In this document: piece by piece, positions 37,565 through 50,699 of the stretch
Position numbering within the stretch: position 1 is the stretch's first letter
How the letters are laid out: each line of letters opens with the position of its first letter
From: Chiloscyllium plagiosum
Taxonomy: Eukaryota
DNA: 61,350 nt
Reading direction: 5' to 3'
NCBI RefSeq assembly: GCF_004010195.1
Contig: NC_057752.1
Location: forward strand, 13,294,007-13,355,356
The notes under the pieces: generated by a model
What the model saw: the letters and a program-made list of their open reading frames with translations, nothing else
Databases searched by the model: none
Told to the model about the DNA's origin: nothing
Position numbers and translations under genes: made by a program

Positions 37565-39155
37565 ATAGAGTCATTGAGATGTACAGCACGGAAACAGACC
37601 CTTCGGTCCAACTTGTCCATGCCGACCAGATAAGCCAACCTAATCTAGTCTCACTTGCCAGCACTTGGTCCATATCCCTCTAAACTCTTTCTATTCATAT
37701 ACTCATCCAGATGCCTTTTAAATGTTGCAATTGTACCAGCCTCCACCACTTCCTCTGGCAGCTCATTCCATACACGTACCACCCTCTGCGGGAAAGGTTG
37801 CCCCTTAGGTCCCTTTTATATCTTTCCCCTCTCACCCTAAACCTATGCCCTCTAGTTCTGGAGTCCCCCACCCCAGGGAGAAGACTTTGTCTATTTACCC
37901 TATCCAAGCCCCTCATGATTTTATAAACCTCTATAAGGACACCCCTCACCAATGTCCTGTACAACCGCAACATGACCTCCCAACTCCTGTACTCAATACT
38001 CTGACCAATAAAGGAAAGCATACCAAACGCCTTCTTCACTATCCTATCTACCTGCGACTCCACTTTCAAGGAGCTATGAAACTGCACTCCCAGGTCTCTT
38101 TGTTCAGCAACACTCCCTGGGACCTTACCATTAAAATAAGTCCTGCTCAGATTTGCTTTCCCAAAATGCAGCACCTCGCATTTATCTGAATTAAACTCCA
38201 TCTGCCACTTCTCAGCCCATTGGCCCATCTGGTCAAGATCCCGTTGTAATCTGAGGTAACCTTCTTCGCTGTCCACTACACCTCCAATTTTGGTGTCATC
38301 TGCAAACTTACTAACCATACCTCTTAAGCTCACATCGAAATCATTTATATAAATGACGAAACATAGTGGACCCAGATCCTTGTGGCACATCACTGGTCAC
38401 AGGCCTCCAGTCTGAAAAACAACCCTCCACTATTACCTTCTGTCTTCTACCTTTGAGCCAGTTCTGTATCCAAATGGCTAGTTCTCCCTGTATTCCATGA
38501 GATCTAATCTTGCTAATCAGTCTCCCATGATGAACTTTGTCAAACGCCTTACTGAAGTCCATGTAGATCACATCTACCGTTCTGCCCTCATCAATCCTCT
38601 TTGTTACTTCTTCAAAAAACTCAATCAAGTTGTGAGACATCATTTCCCACGCACAAAGCCATGTTGACTATCCCGAATCAGTCCTTGCCTTTCCAAATAC
38701 ATGTACATCCTGTCCCCCAGGATTCCCTCCAACAACTTGCCCACCACTGATGTCAGGCTCACTGGTCTATAGTTCCCTGGTTTGTCCTTATCATCCTTCT
38801 TAAACAGTGGTACCACGTTTGCCAGCCTCCAGTCTTCTGGCACCTTACCTGTGACTATCGGTGATATAAATATCTCAGCAAGAGGGAGGTCACCATCTAT
38901 TTCCCTACAGTCTATATGTTCCATATCCTTTTCCACAGTAAATACTGATGCAAAACACTCATTTAGTATCTCCCCCATTTTCTATGGCTCCACACAAAGG
39001 CCGCCTTGCTGATCTTTGAGGGGCCTTATTCTCTCCCTAGATACCCTTTTGTCCTTAATGTATTTGTAAAAACCCTTTGGATTCTCCTTAATTCTATTTG
39101 CCAAAGCTATCTCATGTCCTCTTTTTGCCCTCCTGATTTCCCTCTAAAGTATACT
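37565..39155 (-). mobile_element. CR1 LINE, 5'-truncated, with two internal deletions
   Basis: FADDTK, DFSKAFDKV, PGNYRPVSLTS; close paralogue of 14170-16145. Confidence 0.96.
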
Positions 39156-39262
39156 CATTCTTTAAGGGTTGATGAGATAGAAAAGAGCTTTTCAAACCTC
39201 CAAAAATGCAATTGTCAATTGAATTTCTGTTGAAAATAGTCATTGAATTTCAATGTCATATG

Positions 39263-39563
39263 TCATAGAATCTCGACAATGTGGAAACAGGCCCTTCGGC
39301 CCAACAAGTCCACACCAACCCTCTGAATAGTAACCCACACAGACCCATTCCCCTACCCTAATAGTCTACATTTACCCCTGACTAATGCACCTAACCTACA
39401 CATCCATGAGCACAATGGGCAATTTAACATGGCCAATCCACTTAACCTACACATCTTTGGATCCTGGGAGGAAACCAGAGCACCCGGAGAAAACCCACAC
39501 AAGACACAAGAAGAATGTGCAAACTCCATACAGTCACCCAAGATTGGAATCGAACCAGGAACC
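39263..39563 (-). mobile_element. HE1-type SINE
   Basis: Body/tail match. Confidence 0.88.
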
Positions 39564-39574
39564 TTGTCAGCTAG

Positions 39575-40095
39575 CTAGAGTCCTACAGCATGGAGACATG
39601 CCCTTTGCCCCAAACTAGTCCATGCCGACCAAAATGTCCATCCACACTAACCCCATTTCCCCTGCACTTGGCCCATATCCTTCTCAACCTTTCCTGCCCA
39701 TGTATCATGTACTCATCTCAACCACTTCTGCTGGCAGCTCATTCCACCGTGTACCACCCTCTGTGTAAAAATGTTGACCCTCAGGTTCCCTTTTATTCTT
39801 TCCCCTCTAACCTTAAACTGATGCCCTCTCGTCCTCGATTCCCCGGCCCTGGGAAAACGACTGAGTGCATTCACCCTGTCAATGCATCTCATGATCTTTT
39901 ATGCCTCTATAAGGTCCCCCCTCAGTCTCCTACGCTCTAAAGATAAAAGTCTGAGCTTGTCTAACCTCTCTCCCTGTAACTCAGACCATTGAGTCCTGGC
40001 AACATCCTTGTAACTTTCTTCTGCACTCTTTCCAGTTTAAGAACATCCTTCCTACAGCAAGGTGACTAGAAATGAACACAATCCTCCAAGTACTA
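39575..40095 (-). mobile_element. CR1 3' end
   Basis: LERVQK.VTRMLPGL and CR1 tail. Confidence 0.85.
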
Positions 40096-40208
40096 CTCAC
40101 AGTTGAATCCACACGAGAAACCAGGTGACTTTTCAAAGCCATGCTTAAATATCTGTTTTAAATGGAGATTACAGTTTGTTACAGAAATTTGTAATATGAT
40201 TCTCTACA

Positions 40209-40508
40209 CACGGTGGCTCAGTGGTTAGCACTGCTGCCTCACAGCACCAGAGACCTGGGTTCAATTCCCGCCTCAGGCGACTGACTGTGTGGAGTTTGCA
40301 CATTCTCCCCGTGTCTGCGTGGATTTCCTCCGGGTGCTCCGGTTTCCTCCCACAGTCCAAGGATGTGCAGGTCAGGGTGAATTGGCCATAGTGTTAGGTG
40401 AAGGGGTAAATGTAGAGGAATGGGTATGGGTGGGTTGCGCTTCGGCGGGTCGGTGTGGACTTGTTGGGCCGAAGGGCCTGTTTCCACACTGTAAGTAATC
40501 TAATCTAA
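40209..40508 (+). mobile_element. HE1-type SINE, young
   Basis: Intact A/B-box-like head, TAATCTAATCTA tail. Confidence 0.93.
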
Positions 40509-41515
40509 AATCCTCAGCTATACACTTGTGACAACATTCTCAGGGTGGGAAATGGGGGGGAGACGTGTAAAGTAGGGGTTCAATCTCATCCCAGGGAAGC
40601 CAATTCATTTAAAATGATCCCAAAATGTTGACTCCAAGAGCCCAAGTTTGAAGCTAAAGGGAAGGTTGAGGTATATCAGGACAGAAAGCCGCCTTTACAT
40701 TGCTTGGCTCTCTGTGGCATTTCAGATGAGTGCATTTCCTCTTCAAAATTAGGGAAAGGGTCAGTTCTGGGTAACAGGAGGCGGCCTTACTTGCTTTGGG
40801 GCTGTAGACAGCAGGAGATGGGGTGGGGAGGAAGTGTAGCAGAGACAGAGACAGGGAGGAGAGGCAGAGGCTTCTGTTGGTCATGCAAGGCTATCCACAA
40901 CATCGTTTATAAAGCAGGCATCCAACTTCCTGAGGATCATCTGTACAACTGTGAACTATTGACCAACTAAACACACAAATTTAACCCTTTATAAGGGGAG
41001 CAGTGATGTTTAAGAATTAGGTTTATTTCTGGCATGCAGTACCTTGCAACAAATGACACCAGTTGCTTTTCCCAAAAATATGTGTCACATGACAGAGCTT
41101 CATGTTTCCAAAAACTGAGGGTGATGACTATCTGTTTCACAGAGAGTTGAAGGAAGTCATTCCACTTTGAAGCTGCCGCTGCCTCCCCAGTGTTGCTAAT
41201 TCATTCAGTGTAAGGAGAGACTTACACTGCAGACTTCCTGCACACTCAACAGCCTGCTCTGGTGCCCTCTCATGTAAGGCCTTCTGCCAGACAATGGGAA
41301 GTCTGGCTGGCTCCTTTGGAACAGTCCCAGCCCCTGTTCTTTCTTCGAACATTGCCACCAAATGTTTCTTTCCTCTCCTTTTCAGAAATATCGAATTTCT
41401 ACCCAGATCGAGAGGAACAAATGTTTTCTCATTCTTCAGGACATTTCACATACTGTAAATGAAAGCACTTTACAGAGCATTCCTGTGCTGGCTAATTAAC
41501 TGTACTATCAACATT

Positions 41516-41824
41516 TAATCCCACTGCCCTACTCTCTCCCCATAGCCCTGTATCGATCCCCAAACTAATCCCACTGCCCTACTTCTCCCCATAGCCCTGT
41601 ATCGATCCCCAAACTAATCCCACTGCCCTACTCTCTCACCATAGCCCTGTATCGATTCCCAAACTAATCCCACTGCCCTACTCTCTCACCATCGCCCTGT
41701 ATCGATCCCCAAACTAATCCCACTGCCCTACTCTCTCCCCATAGCCCTGTATCGATCCCCAAACTAATCCCACTGATCCGCTCTCTCCCCATAGCCCTGT
41801 ATCAGTCCCCAAACTAATCCCACC
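41516..41824. repeat. 50-bp tandem array (about 6 units)
   Basis: Unit TAATCCCACTGCCCTACTCTCTCCCCATAGCCCTGTATCGATCCCCAAAC. Confidence 0.95.
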
Positions 41825-42249
41825 TCCTAACTACACACAGAACTAAAATGGAAACTCATCCAATTAAATCCAAAGAACGTTGTCGGGGGAGATGATGATG
41901 TTTTACGCAGTGGGCTCTGAAAGCCTCAGCTGTACCAGTAAAAACCATGTATTCCCTCTCGCTGAGTAGCTGAACAGTCCTCCTTCCTATAATGGCTGCA
42001 CTGCGTTAACAGTGGGAGAGCGTGAGCATGAATCTAAACAAGAGGATGCCCTGTCATAACAAGTTGCAGTTGATAACATCTTCACAATAGGCACAGGATA
42101 CATTGGCAAGCTCGACTAAATAATGAAGACGATCTGAAGACACCAATGAGGTATCTGTCTCCATGAGGAGACTCTTCTTTCCCCCATCCAAGACTGTTTG
42201 CCCCCATCAGATTGAACGAAGCTGAATGTAGTCTCCAAAACGTTAGCTA

Positions 42250-42801
42250 AGATTAGAACGGCATCTTGGTCAATTGGGCCAACAGGCTGAGGAATGGCAG
42301 ATAGAATTTAATTTTGGTAAATGAAAGGTGTTGCATTTTGGTAAGACAGACAAGGGTGGGACTTACACAGTTAATGATAGGGCCCTGGGGAGTGCTGTAG
42401 AACAGTTCAGGTGGATAGTTCATTGAAAGCAGTGTCACAGGCAGACAGAGTGGTAAAGAAAGTGGTAAGTGCTTGCCTTCATTGCTCAGACCATTGAGAA
42501 TAGGAGTTGGGACATCATGTTGCAGTTGTACAAGATGCTGGTGAGGCCACTTTTGGAGTACTATGTGCAGTTTGTCACGCAGAGAGTGGTTCATGTGTAG
42601 AATGAGCTGCCTGAGGAAGTGGTGGATGCAGGTACAGTTACAGCATTTGAAAGACATTTGGATAAGGACATGAATAGGAAAGGTTTAGAGGGATATGGGC
42701 CAAATGCAGGCACATGAGACTAGTTTAGCTTGGGAAAACCTGGTTGGTATGGACAAGTTGGACTGAAGGGTCTGTTTTCACTTTGTATGGTTCTATGACT
42801 C
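42250..42801 (+). mobile_element. CR1 3' part, internally deleted
   Basis: WQIEFN..K..VLHFG, LYKMLVRPLLEY, CR1 tail. Confidence 0.88.
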
Positions 42802-43199
42802 ATGGAGCTATTATTTTATACATTATCTCACCCACAGCTAAATTTTCTTCCTAAAATGTGTACATTCATTTATTTAACGACATTTGAATTTACCACTCTC
42901 TCAAAGTCTCAGGCTTCACAAATTCAGGCAATTTCAGAATTATTTCAAAATGTTGGAGTTGGAAGATGGGTAAGTATTCAGCTTGAGGACTGTTGAGCCT
43001 GGGAAGATGGCTAATAAATTCCAGTCTGGCCATCCCCCGAGCAAGTAATACGAAAAGGTGATTGAAGCTCCTTGAGTGACTCTACCATTCCTACTAGGCC
43101 CCTTATCAATACCCATTACTCTTGGCCCCATTGTGGTAACCATCATATACAGTGGCATCTATTACAGTGAGCAGCTGCTCCAATAAGACTGTTCCATCA

Positions 43200-43920
43200 T
43201 ACAAACAGCTTTGTAACTGTGGAGTCAGTTGGATAAAGAACTCAGTCTTCAGTACTCTCCCTGTCGACAATTCTGACGGTGATAAGCCACACTGGGGTGG
43301 AGCAGGCTGGTAATTTAACACGGCAGCACCAAAGCCAGCATTCTGCTTCAGAAGGGGCTTAACCATCCCATCATCGTTCAGCCCTCCCATTCAGCTGTGG
43401 GTATTTCGGCAGGATGGTTACACGTTCAAATCCAGCACTGGCTGAAAGCCTCCTGAGCAAGTTGTGATCCATTGTCTGAGTCAACATATCAGGGAGTCCA
43501 CGTGGATCACATTGGTCATTCAAGACCTTGGCAACTGCTGCTGTGGCCAAATGTTGTTCACAGTGCAAAAAGAGTCGACAGCCATGAAGTAAGACCGTTT
43601 GTCAAACATGAACAGGTCTGCTCCCACTCAGTCCCATAATCAGTAGAGCACATCTGAGACATCAGTGACTCTATCTGTCCAGGCCTGTGAATAGCATACG
43701 CTTCCCAGGCAGCTACGTGGTCCTTCAATCCTTTTTTGTGAGATTCCTGGCTACTTGACTGATGTCTCAGCCTTGGCTCAGTCCTTGGAATTGGCCGAAA
43801 AGTCGCTGTTATATTTTGTCTCATTTATCTTCCGGGAATGAGTCGTTCATCAAACACCAGCTAGTGGTACACAGCAGTGCAAAGTTGTCAATACTCAAAA
43901 TTGACTTCATGGCCTAACCA
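43200..43920 (-). mobile_element. Decayed Ty3/Gypsy LTR-retrotransposon pol (integrase core)
   Basis: VGADLFMFDKRSYFMAVDSF, RGLPDML, GFERVTILPKYPQLNGRAER, LNY..APPQCGLSPSELSTGRVLKT match the Gypsy integrase pattern across frameshifts. Confidence 0.8.
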
Positions 43921-44330
43921 GTGGGCTTTAGGCCTTGCCAATCTTTGTCACAATACCCACAACTGGCAATATATTCTTGGATCGACTTTTGTTTATCATA
44001 TTTGGTTGAGTCTGGCTTGTTGTGTATGACTGAGGCAATAAATTAACACGTCTGATATTAATTCTTTGTGACAGTGTTATTTCTCCTGTCACATCTTCCA
44101 AGTGTGATTGTTTGTTCTTTTTCCTTTCAAATGGTCTTAAATTCTGCAGTACCTAAATGCTGTGATATTCTTGGCTTTAAAGTCCTTTTAATCTTGCATT
44201 AAATCAGCATTGTTTTATTCTCTTTCACTGTGTCTGGAAATAGCAATGCTGTTTCCATTTTCTGTCTGTTGCAAAACTATTACACAATGCAAACAGTGCT
44301 ACTTTTCCTATAAGCTTTAAGTGTGCATAT

Positions 44331-45399
44331 TATAGAATGCCCACAGTGTGGAAGCAGGCCATTCAGCCCATCGAGTCTACATCACCCCCTCCAAAGAGTA
44401 TCCCACCCTATCTCTATAATCCCACATTTCCCCTGACCAATCCACCCTAACCTGCACATCCCTGGGCACTATGGGACAATTTAGCACGGCCAATCCACCC
44501 TAACCTACACATCCCTGGGCACTATGGGACAATTTAGCACGGACAATCCACCCTAACCTGCACATCCCTGGACACTATGGGACAATTTAGCATGGCCACT
44601 CCACCCTAACCTGCACATCCCTGTGCACTATGCGACAATTTAGCATGGCCAATCCACCCTAACCTACACATCTCTCGGCACTATGAGACAATTTAGCATG
44701 GCCAATCCACCCTAACCAGCACATCCCTGGGCACTATGGGTAATTTAGCATGGCCAATCCAAAATAACCTGTACACCCCTGGGCACTATGGGTAATTTAA
44801 CATGGCTAATCCACCCTAACGTGCACATCCCTGGGCACTATGGGACAATTTAGCATGGCCAATCCACCCTAACCTGCACATCCCTGGACACTATGGGACA
44901 ATTTACCATGACCAATCCACCCAAGCCTGCACACCCCTTGACACTACGGGGCAATTTAGCATGGCCAATCCACCCGAACCTGCACATCCCTGGACACTAT
45001 GGGACAATTTAGCATGGCCAATCCACCCTAACCTGCACGTCCTTGGGCACTATGGGTAATTTAGCACGGCCAATCAACTCTAACCGACACATCCCTGGAC
45101 TCTACAAGACACTTTAGCATGGCCAATCCACCCTAACCTGCACATCCCTGGACACTATGGGACAATTTAGCATGGCCGATCCATCCTAACCTACACATCC
45201 CTGGACACTATGGGGCAATTTAGCATGGCCATCCACCCTAACCTAAACATCCCTGGACACTACGGGACAATTTAGCATGGCCAATCCACCCTATCCTGCA
45301 CATCCCTGGACACTATGGGACAATTTAGCAATGCCAATCCATCCTAACCTACACATCCCTGGACACTATGGGACAATTTAGCACGGCCAATCCACCCTA
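44331..45399 (-). repeat. HE1 SINE tail followed by 53-bp tandem array (about 18 units, 44437-45399)
   Basis: Reverse complement of the 28210 unit, more diverged. Confidence 0.96.
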
Positions 45400-45610
45400 G
45401 AATCACAAAGTGTCACAGAGTGTGTAAGAGAATCACAGAGATTCACAGAATGTGTAACAGAATCACAGAGATTCACAGAGTAAGAGTATCACAGAGTGTG
45501 TAAGGGCATCACAGATATTCACAGAAAGGGTAAGGAAATCACAGAGTGTCACAGAGTGTGTACGAGAATCACAGTGATTCACAGAGTCTGTAAGGGAATC
45601 ACAAAGTGCC
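45400..45610. repeat. Minisatellite of about 30 bp built from TCACAGAG subunits
   Basis: GAATCACAGAG(AT/TG)TCACAGAGTGTGTAAG-like units. Confidence 0.85.
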
Positions 45611-45705
45611 ACTGATGTTAGTAGTAGTGCTATAATTGCGACAATTATAACTGATACTGTGAATAGTACCATTGGGAACAGCATCATTACATTGGTATAA
45701 TCCTA

Positions 45706-46000
45706 GAATGGAATCCATAGGGTCTGGACACAGGCCCTTTGACCCAACAATTCCACACTGACCCGCTAAATGTCCTAACCAGCCCCATTTCCCTACCCTA
45801 TTATTATACATTTATCCCTGGCCAATCCACCCTAACCTGCACATCCCTAGGCACTATGGGACAATTTAGCATGGCCAATCCACCCTAACCTGCACGTCCT
45901 TGGACTGTGGGAGGAAACCCACGCAGACACAGGGAGAATGTGCAAACTCCATACAGGCAGTCGCCCGAGGTTGGAATCGAACCCGGGTTCCCAGTGCTGC
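45706..46000 (-). mobile_element. HE1-type SINE
   Basis: Body/tail match. Confidence 0.88.
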
Positions 46001-47329
46001 AATAACACCTGTGAATGGGCTAACAAAACAAATAGGTTGAATTTATTAAAAATTGGCAGTTGCTGGCCAAGAAACCTGTGTTCAAGTCCCACCTACTCTG
46101 AACAGATTGATCAAAAAACATTTTTAAAAAGGGCAGCAGCTAGTGACTTCACAAAAAGAGGAGTTTCCCAATGTCCCAGAAAAGTGTTCAAAGTGCTGAG
46201 CCGTAAATTGTCCCGTAGCTTCGAAGACAAAAGAGAGTTGGGGTCAGGGTTAGCTAATCACCTTTTTCCACCTGGTCACTCAGCTAACATGTTTCACGTT
46301 AACATGAGGAAGGATGCTGAAGATGTCGTTTTTGCCATCAGGTTACAGGCTTCCCTATAGATCATTGAATATTGCAAACAGACTGTTTTTTTTTATGATT
46401 AGCAGAGAAGAAGACATTTGGCTTTGTGGACTACAACAGCCAGATGCAGTTGGGAAATGGTCTCTAGATGTAAAGATACATCCTGAGCCATCTAAGCATT
46501 ACAGGGGATTTGTTCTGGCCTGGCCAAATGGGCAGAATTATTGGGACAGGCTTTGCTGATAGTGATTTACTGTAAGCTGTGAAACAGGGAATTGCAAATC
46601 CATTGGAAGGTGGATGGATCATTCAGCAAAACAGCTATCATTCCATAGAGAATGAGGCAAGGGATAAGTCTGAAAGAGAAATTTCCTTTCTGGAGTGTGA
46701 AATATAAGCTGCTTCCAAAACAAAAGTAGCGTTTAGTCCACAGTGCCTTTCGTCATTTGTTACAGTAAAAGTTCTAAAATCTGAACTCTGGTCATGTCTT
46801 TCTTTCAGCTATTAACTCGAAATTCGAATCTTGTTTTAAAGTTATCATCCTCAACGGAGATAGGAACAACTTCTTGTGGGAAGAGGTATAAAACTCACCA
46901 GTCACTTTCAGGGGTGGCTGTCACCATGACCACAGGAGACTGTCTTGCCCCAGTGGAGGCGCGGCCAAGTTAAAAGCCAAGGGAGGTGTCAGTATTAGGA
47001 AGATCACGGGGAGAAAAGTCTCATGCAGTTGGCCTACTGCTTGTGGTGAACTTCGGGCTTTACTGGGTGAGGGATGTTAATGTTGGTAGATTGCACACTG
47101 TCACTTCGAGGCAATGCCCATTCAAAATGGCTGTGAATGGTCAATACCTCCTAATCATACGCCGCCATCTGAATAGCTGTTTACTTGGATTGGCTCAGCG
47201 AAGACACAAGTGGAATGAGAGAATTATTTCTAAACTGAGATGGAAACAATTCACATCTCCCAATGACATTGGCTCAGCATTCTTTGGGAAGGTGACGTCC
47301 ACTTACTCTAAGGCTAATGAATGCCATGG

Positions 47330-47549
47330 TGTAGTGACTGTAATAGGGTCAGTTGGGTGGATGTCGTAGAATGTGAGTTCCCTGATTGGGGCTGTTAACC
47401 TGGTCCAATCAGGGAGCCCTGGCTGACAGATATTAACAGGAGTGTCAGGGCATTTGGTTCACTCTGAGGGAACTGGATCAGTATCAGGGACTCTCCACAT
47501 GTAAAGGGTGACTTGGCGATGGGATGCCAGTCTTCATGGAGTTATTTCA
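47330..47549 (+). mobile_element. Solo LTR
   Basis: TG...CA termini, similarity to 24474-25363; no clear TSD. Confidence 0.65.
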
Positions 47550-48119
47550 GCCAACTTGGCACATCCCAGGGTATGAGCACAAGTTGGCATGGAATGCCCA
47601 CCCTGCTCGGCTTTCCCGGTCATTGTGGATTCCCGTTGGCAAACTCCCAGGTGTCAGTGCGACGTTGGCAATTCCTATGAAATCAAATAAGTGGGCAGTG
47701 GAGTTAGGGGGGAGGGGCATAAAAGTCGACTAAAATGTGTGACTTGCTGACTCACAACATTATCGTCTCCCTATCACCCACCTATTGGCAGTCTTGGTCA
47801 AATCAGTCAATTAAATTGACCCCTGGAGAGCCCCTAGAGTAGGCTGCCCGAGAGGATGTAGGACAAAAGGCCAGGGACACAGTGGATAACAGGGTTTGCC
47901 GGCAGGAGCTGGTGATTCAGGCCTCGTCTCCTGGCCTATCCTCTAGTCTTTCGAATTTACAAAAGGGACAATCAAAATAAGAGATAATCCATTAACATAT
48001 GGGATCATTGGTCATCCCCCTCCGCCCACTGAGAAACGATACCAACACGTGCCCATGAATCGACATAGCACCAGCCAAGAGATAGTAAAATCAGAAATTC
48101 ACAGTCCCTTCCTCTGTGT

Positions 48120-48682
48120 GCATTGAGTGTAGGGGTTAGGACGTCATGTTGAGGCTGTACAAGACGTTGGTGAGGCCACTTCTAGAGGACTGCGTCCAGT
48201 TTGGGCCGCCCTGTTACAGGATATTATTATTAAACTGGAGAGGGTTCGGAAAAGATTTATCAGGATGTGGCTGGGGCTAGGGGGAGTTTGGGTTACAAGG
48301 AGAGGCGAGGACCCTTTTCACTGGAGGCTGAGGGGTAACTTTACTGAAGTTTGTAAAATCATGAGGGGCATAGATAAGGGGAATAGTAAAGGTCCTTTTT
48401 CCTGGGGTGGGGGAGTTCAAAACTAGGGGACATATTTTTATGGTGAGAGGAGAAAGATTTTAAAGGGGCCTGAGGGGCAACTTTTTCCACACAGAGGGTA
48501 GCTCGTGCCTGGAACAAACCATTAAAGGAAGATACAGTTGCAACTTTGAAAAGACATTTGGACAGGTACATGGAGAGGAAAGGTTTAGAGAATATCTGGA
48601 TCATATGCAGGCAGTCGGGCCTAGTACAGATTGGGAGAGTTGGTTGGACCGAAGGGTCTGTTTCCGTGCTGTATGGCTCTAC
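48120..48682 (+). mobile_element. CR1 3' end
   Basis: MLRLYKTLVRPLLE...; CR1 tail. Confidence 0.88.
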
Positions 48683-49419
48683 ATCAAAAAGAGGCCTCGG
48701 GAAAACAACCTGGAGACGGGATTCCTGAAATCCGGAATGCTCATTTCCCAAGATCACCTGACAACCACAAACCTGGAAAGGACTCAGAGTAACTTTGGTA
48801 CAACGGAGCCTGGGGGAAAGAAAGTAGCTTACAAACAATTTCCCCCTCCGATGTAGTGTTATTAATTTGAATGCCAGACAACAAAATACTTCATCACCCT
48901 CACTGCATTCCACTGTGTGCCAAGTGGCAACTGGCCAGAGTAAATCCGTTAAGGGGAGAGTGAATGCAGAGATTCTTCATTCAGGGAACAATGAAGCTTC
49001 TATGTATAACTGCGCAGTGTGGCCTCCCCGAGGTAGGATTAAACCTTGAAGACGTGCAAGCAATACCGGCCCAAGCAGGCCGCACCATCAGATAAGAAGC
49101 ATAGGGAACAATACCAGGAAAGAGAGGAGTGCATAGCTCGCAGCTGAACCACCCTGGCTTTAAAGAGTCGGCGACAGTTTTAGAGGACCTTGTCTGGAGC
49201 TGCACACCACTTTGTATCTGAGAGAGATGAGCTCACCGTGAGGGGCACCAGAAAACTCTCCCGACTGGGAGGGAGGGAGGGGAGCTTTTGAGTACTCCAC
49301 TACAAGAGGTGCACTGCAAATCCAGACTAAGGGACGTTTGCATTGTCTGAGGTACCCCTCTTCAGGTGGGGAAACTAAACCTGATTCTCTCTGGCTGCAG
49401 AATCAGTCAAACTGGATAG

Positions 49420-49990
49420 AGGGACATAGAAATGTAGAATATAGGTACAGGAGAAGGCCCTTCAGCATGTCAAGGCAGAAGTGGGTACTGCAGATGCTGG
49501 AGATTAGAGTCAAGAGCAAAGTGGTGCTGGAAGAGCACAGCAGGTCAGGCAGCAGCCAAGGAGCAGCAAAATCGACGTTTCGGGCAAAAGCCCTTCATCA
49601 GGCTTTTGCCCGAAACGTCGATTTTCCTGCTCCTCGGATGCTGCCTGACCTGCTGTGCTCTTCCAGCACCACTTTGCTCTTGACCCTTCAGCACATCGAG
49701 CCTGCTGATCATGGATCTCAGTCCCCTGTTCCCGCTTTCGCCCCCATACACTTTCATCCCTTTATTCCCTACAAACGATCCCTAACTCCCACTTGAAATG
49801 CTTCGGCCTCAACTGCTTGTTGTGGCAGAGGATTCCAAGGGTTTCCCCACTCTCTGGTTTTGCTGTACTCCCTCCATCACCAGAACACCCTTCCTCAGAT
49901 AAGGAGACCCAAACTGCACACAATACTCCAGGTGTAGTCTCACCAAGGCCCTGTCCAACTGCAGCAAGACATCCCTGCTCCTGTACTCTT
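49420..49990 (-). mobile_element. Old CR1 3' end hosting a family A insertion
   Basis: CATAGAAA..AGAATATAGG..CAGGAG tail; LVRLHLEYCVQFG motif. Confidence 0.75.
49468..49683 (-). mobile_element. Family A element with long inverted duplication (hammerhead at the axis)
   Basis: Arms 49509-49592 and 49601-49684; TSD CCCTTCAGCA (49458-49467, 49684-49693); minus CTGATGA-A-GGGC(TTTT)GCCC-GAAACGTC. Confidence 0.92.
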
Positions 49991-50699
49991 TTTATTACTT
50001 TTTGTTCCCTTTTGTCCCCCTCTGGGTGATGTGGGTATTTATTAAAGATCTCACAGATTCATTCGTAGATAAGTCAGAGAGCTCTTCTGGGAGTCCTGGT
50101 CAACTTAGCCCCTGACACCAATATCACCTAAAATCAATTCCTTGGCCCCTTATCTCATCTTCCATTACCACGAGTGAGGGCAAAATGGCTGCCATTTCTG
50201 CCTCAATAACAGCAGCCATTGCAGTTTGGCAAGTGGAACTAGTTTAGTTTGGGGTTATGTTCAGCATGAACTGTTTGGACTAAAGGGTCTGTCTCCATGC
50301 TGTATGATTCTACAATAGAGCGAGTCATCTTTTCACCCAAATTGGATGAGGTTCCATTGAAATGGGTCTGAGATGTGGCAGGTTTGTCGGCATCATATGA
50401 GGAAATAAGATGGCACTGAACATGGAGAGGCCATTTGTCCCATTCCTTCCACAACCCATGCACCATCCACTCGATCTTGGACTCTACATGACTTATTTAA
50501 TTTCCTGAACAAAGGTTGCAAGTGAATCTTGCCCCGTCAAAGGTAAGAATGCTTCAGCAGTAATCTCCAACTATTTTACACATTGGATCATCTGGAACAG
50601 TCACCTTCCTTGTTATGATAGCTCCATGGTCTCAGAAATTCAGGAATGATTGGTTTTCCATGTATCATTCAATCAGTTATCTTCATGCTTGACTGTGTC

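Noticed and set aside
40209..40275. tRNA-like sequences (here and at other SINE heads)
   Set aside because: They continue into the HE1 body and CR1-like tail, so they are SINE heads rather than tRNA genes.
41205..41230. 9-bp hairpin CAGTGTAAG/CTTACACTG
   Set aside because: Too short to distinguish from chance; no supporting context.
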